From Halalkalicoccus sp. NIPERK01 (GTDB lineage: Archaea; Halobacteriota; Halobacteria; Halobacteriales; Halalkalicoccaceae): a DNA stretch of 24,000 bases. The stretch covers positions 702,403 through 726,402 of the forward strand of contig NZ_JASVVV010000001.1 in the NCBI RefSeq assembly GCF_030287405.1. Reading direction: 5' to 3'. The notes under the pieces were generated by a model. That model searched no databases, was not told where the DNA came from, and saw only the letters and a list, made by a program, of their open reading frames with translations. Positions 22,400 to 24,000 of the stretch are shown here, in pieces (the first letter of the stretch is position 1; each line of letters starts with the position of its first letter). A program made the position numbers and the translations under genes.

Positions 22400-23344
22400 A
22401 TGGAGCAGCGTCGTCTGATCGTCGCCGTCGCCGGAACGGTCGCGCTCTTTCTTACGATCCAGTTCGGCGCGCTCGCGCTGGTCGAGCCGTTCCAGTCGGC
22501 GGGCCTGCAGGCCGTCGAGAACCCCGAGGACCCGACCAACTCCTTTCTGTACATCGGCGCGATCCTCGTCGCCACGGGGCTGATGCTCGCGGCGTTCAAG
22601 TTCGATCTGCAGTGGCTCATTCGGGGGATGGTCATCCTCGCGAGCGTCCTCCTCTCGTGGTACGTGCTCGTGGTCGTCGTCCCGCCGGTGCTCACGGTCG
22701 GCGACGTCCACCTGCTGGCCGCCCTCGGGGCGCTCGCCATCGGGGCCGGCCTCGCCGTCCACCCCGAGTGGTACGTCATCGACGCCGCGGGCGTGGTGAT
22801 GGGCGCGGGCGCGGCGGGGCTGTTCGGGATCACCTTCGGGATCCTCCCCGCGCTCGTGCTCCTGGTCGTCCTGGCGGTCTACGACGCCATCAGCGTCTAC
22901 GGCACGAAACACATGCTCTCGCTGGCCGACGGCGTCATGGAGATCAAGGTGCCCGTCCTCCTGATCGTCCCCGTCTCGCCGGACTACTCGTTTCTCGACG
23001 AGGGCGAGAGCGAGGCGAGCGACGGCTCGACGGATGGGGACGACGGCGAGGGTCGGGACGCCTTCTTCATCGGCCTCGGAGACGCGGTGATCCCGACGAT
23101 CCTGATCGCCAGCGCCGCCTTCTTCGTTCCGGCGCCCTCTCTCGAGGTACCGGGAGTCGCGCTCACCCTCCCCGCGCTCGGCGGGATTGTCGGAATGCTC
23201 GCCGGCCTGCTCGTCCTGCTGTGGATGGTGCTTCAAGGGCGGGCTCACGCCGGGCTCCCGCTGCTCAACGGCGGGACCATCGCGGGCTATCTCCTGGGTG
23301 CGCTCGCGAGCGGGCTGACGCTCACGCAGGCGATCGGACTGTAG
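22400..23344 (+). CDS. Presenilin/signal-peptide-peptidase family intramembrane aspartyl protease (PSH type)
   Basis: 314 aa from ATG 22400, polytopic. The catalytic motifs are AVYDAISVY (YD) and FIGLGDAVIP (GxGD), plus LPALGG (PAL). Confidence 0.88.
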   Translation: MEQRRLIVAVAGTVALFLTIQFGALALVEPFQSAGLQAVENPEDPTNSFLYIGAILVATGLMLAAFKFDLQWLIRGMVILASVLLSWYVLVVVVPPVLTVGDVHLLAALGALAIGAGLAVHPEWYVIDAAGVVMGAGAAGLFGITFGILPALVLLVVLAVYDAISVYGTKHMLSLADGVMEIKVPVLLIVPVSPDYSFLDEGESEASDGSTDGDDGEGRDAFFIGLGDAVIPTILIASAAFFVPAPSLEVPGVALTLPALGGIVGMLAGLLVLLWMVLQGRAHAGLPLLNGGTIAGYLLGALASGLTLTQAIGL

Positions 23345-23346
23345 CG

Positions 23347-24000
23347 TCACGCACTGAGACGACCCGCGACGGCGATCGCGCCGGCGCCGACCAGCGCGAG
23401 GAGTCCCGCGGCGACGAACGCCGGGGAGTAGGTCCCGATCGCGTCGTGGCCCGCGCCGGCGACGTACGGCGAGACGAGCCCCGAGACGCCGAGGGAGACC
23501 GACACCAGCCCGAAGACGGCGTTGATGTTCGACCGGCCGAACAGGTCGGCGGTGAGCGGCGCGAGCAGCGCGCCGTTGCCCCCGTAGGCGAGGCCGTAGA
23601 CGCCCGCGAAGGCGAGGAGCGTCGCCGCAGTGTCGAGGGCGGGTAGCGTGATCGTCGCGGCGCCCATCACCGTCGAGCAGACGACGAACGTCGACACCCG
23701 GCCGACCCGGTCTGCGGCGTGGCCGATCGCCACCCGACCCACGACGCTCGCCCCGCCGATGAGCGCCACGGCCGTCGCCCCGACCGTCCGCGAGAGGCCG
23801 AGGTCCACGATGTGGACGACGAGGTGCGAGAGGACGACGTAGAGCGTCGTGTAGATCAGCAACCAGCCGACGAACTGCGCGAGGAAGGCGGGAGAACGGG
23901 CGATCGTTCGCACCTCGGCGAGCCGTTCGTGGAGGTCGACGCGCGGACTCGCGTCGAACCCGCCGGCGAACTCGCGGTCGGGGACCTGCTCGGGCGCGGG
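23347..24000 (-). CDS. MFS transporter, C-terminal half; the gene continues past the right window edge
   Basis: Six hydrophobic helices follow a loop (SPAFLAQFVGWLLIYTTLY...). The reading frame stays open from 23913 to 24000, so the ORF-track start is internal. Confidence 0.8.
   Translation of the reverse strand, partial: PAPEQVPDREFAGGFDASPRVDLHERLAEVRTIARSPAFLAQFVGWLLIYTTLYVVLSHLVVHIVDLGLSRTVGATAVALIGGASVVGRVAIGHAADRVGRVSTFVVCSTVMGAATITLPALDTAATLLAFAGVYGLAYGGNGALLAPLTADLFGRSNINAVFGLVSVSLGVSGLVSPYVAGAGHDAIGTYSPAFVAAGLLALVGAGAIAVAGRLSA

Noticed and set aside
22400-23344. The GxGD membrane protease as the archaellin prepilin peptidase (ArlK/PibD)
   Set aside because: The motif set YD + GLGD + PAL, together with the size and topology, matches the presenilin/SPP family rather than the A24 prepilin peptidases. 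No archaellin peptidase is visible in this window.

Overview
High-GC segment with strongly acidic predicted proteins and AT-rich TATA-like boxes 25-30 nt upstream of many start codons, which fits a haloarchaeal (Halobacteria-type) chromosome. I see about 30 genes and no rRNA, tRNA, CRISPR array, transposase or integrase. Left to right: (1) heme-copper oxidase subunits II and I (minus strand, subunit I cut by the window edge). (2) A two-subunit 2-oxoacid:ferredoxin oxidoreductase. (3) An Lrp/AsnC regulator, an SRPBCC protein, a PEBP/YbhB protein with a coupled orphan, and an EamA/DMT transporter. (4) A divergent pair of single-domain KaiC/RecA-like genes, one canonical and one with degenerate catalytic motifs, plus a small orphan. 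(5) A complete archaellum cluster on the minus strand, in transcription order: two archaellins, arlF, arlG, a 155-aa orphan, arlC/D/E-type fusion, arlH, arlI, arlJ. (6) A divergently encoded small wHTH regulator. (7) A BtuCDF/FecCDE-type ABC importer with a divergent substrate-binding protein carrying a PGF-CTERM anchor. (8) srp19, gar1 and a presenilin-type protease. (9) A partial MFS transporter. The region is mostly core-genome. The parts most worth a second look are the uncharacterised genes and regulatory architecture around the archaellum cluster: the extra KaiC-like active/inactive pair, the orphan embedded in the operon, a leaderless uORF overlapping the arlCE start, and a palindrome with a divergent wHTH at the archaellin promoter. 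Also notable is an unexplained C-terminal domain fused to the ABC ATPase. All functional calls rest on my reading of the translations and motifs; no database search was run.
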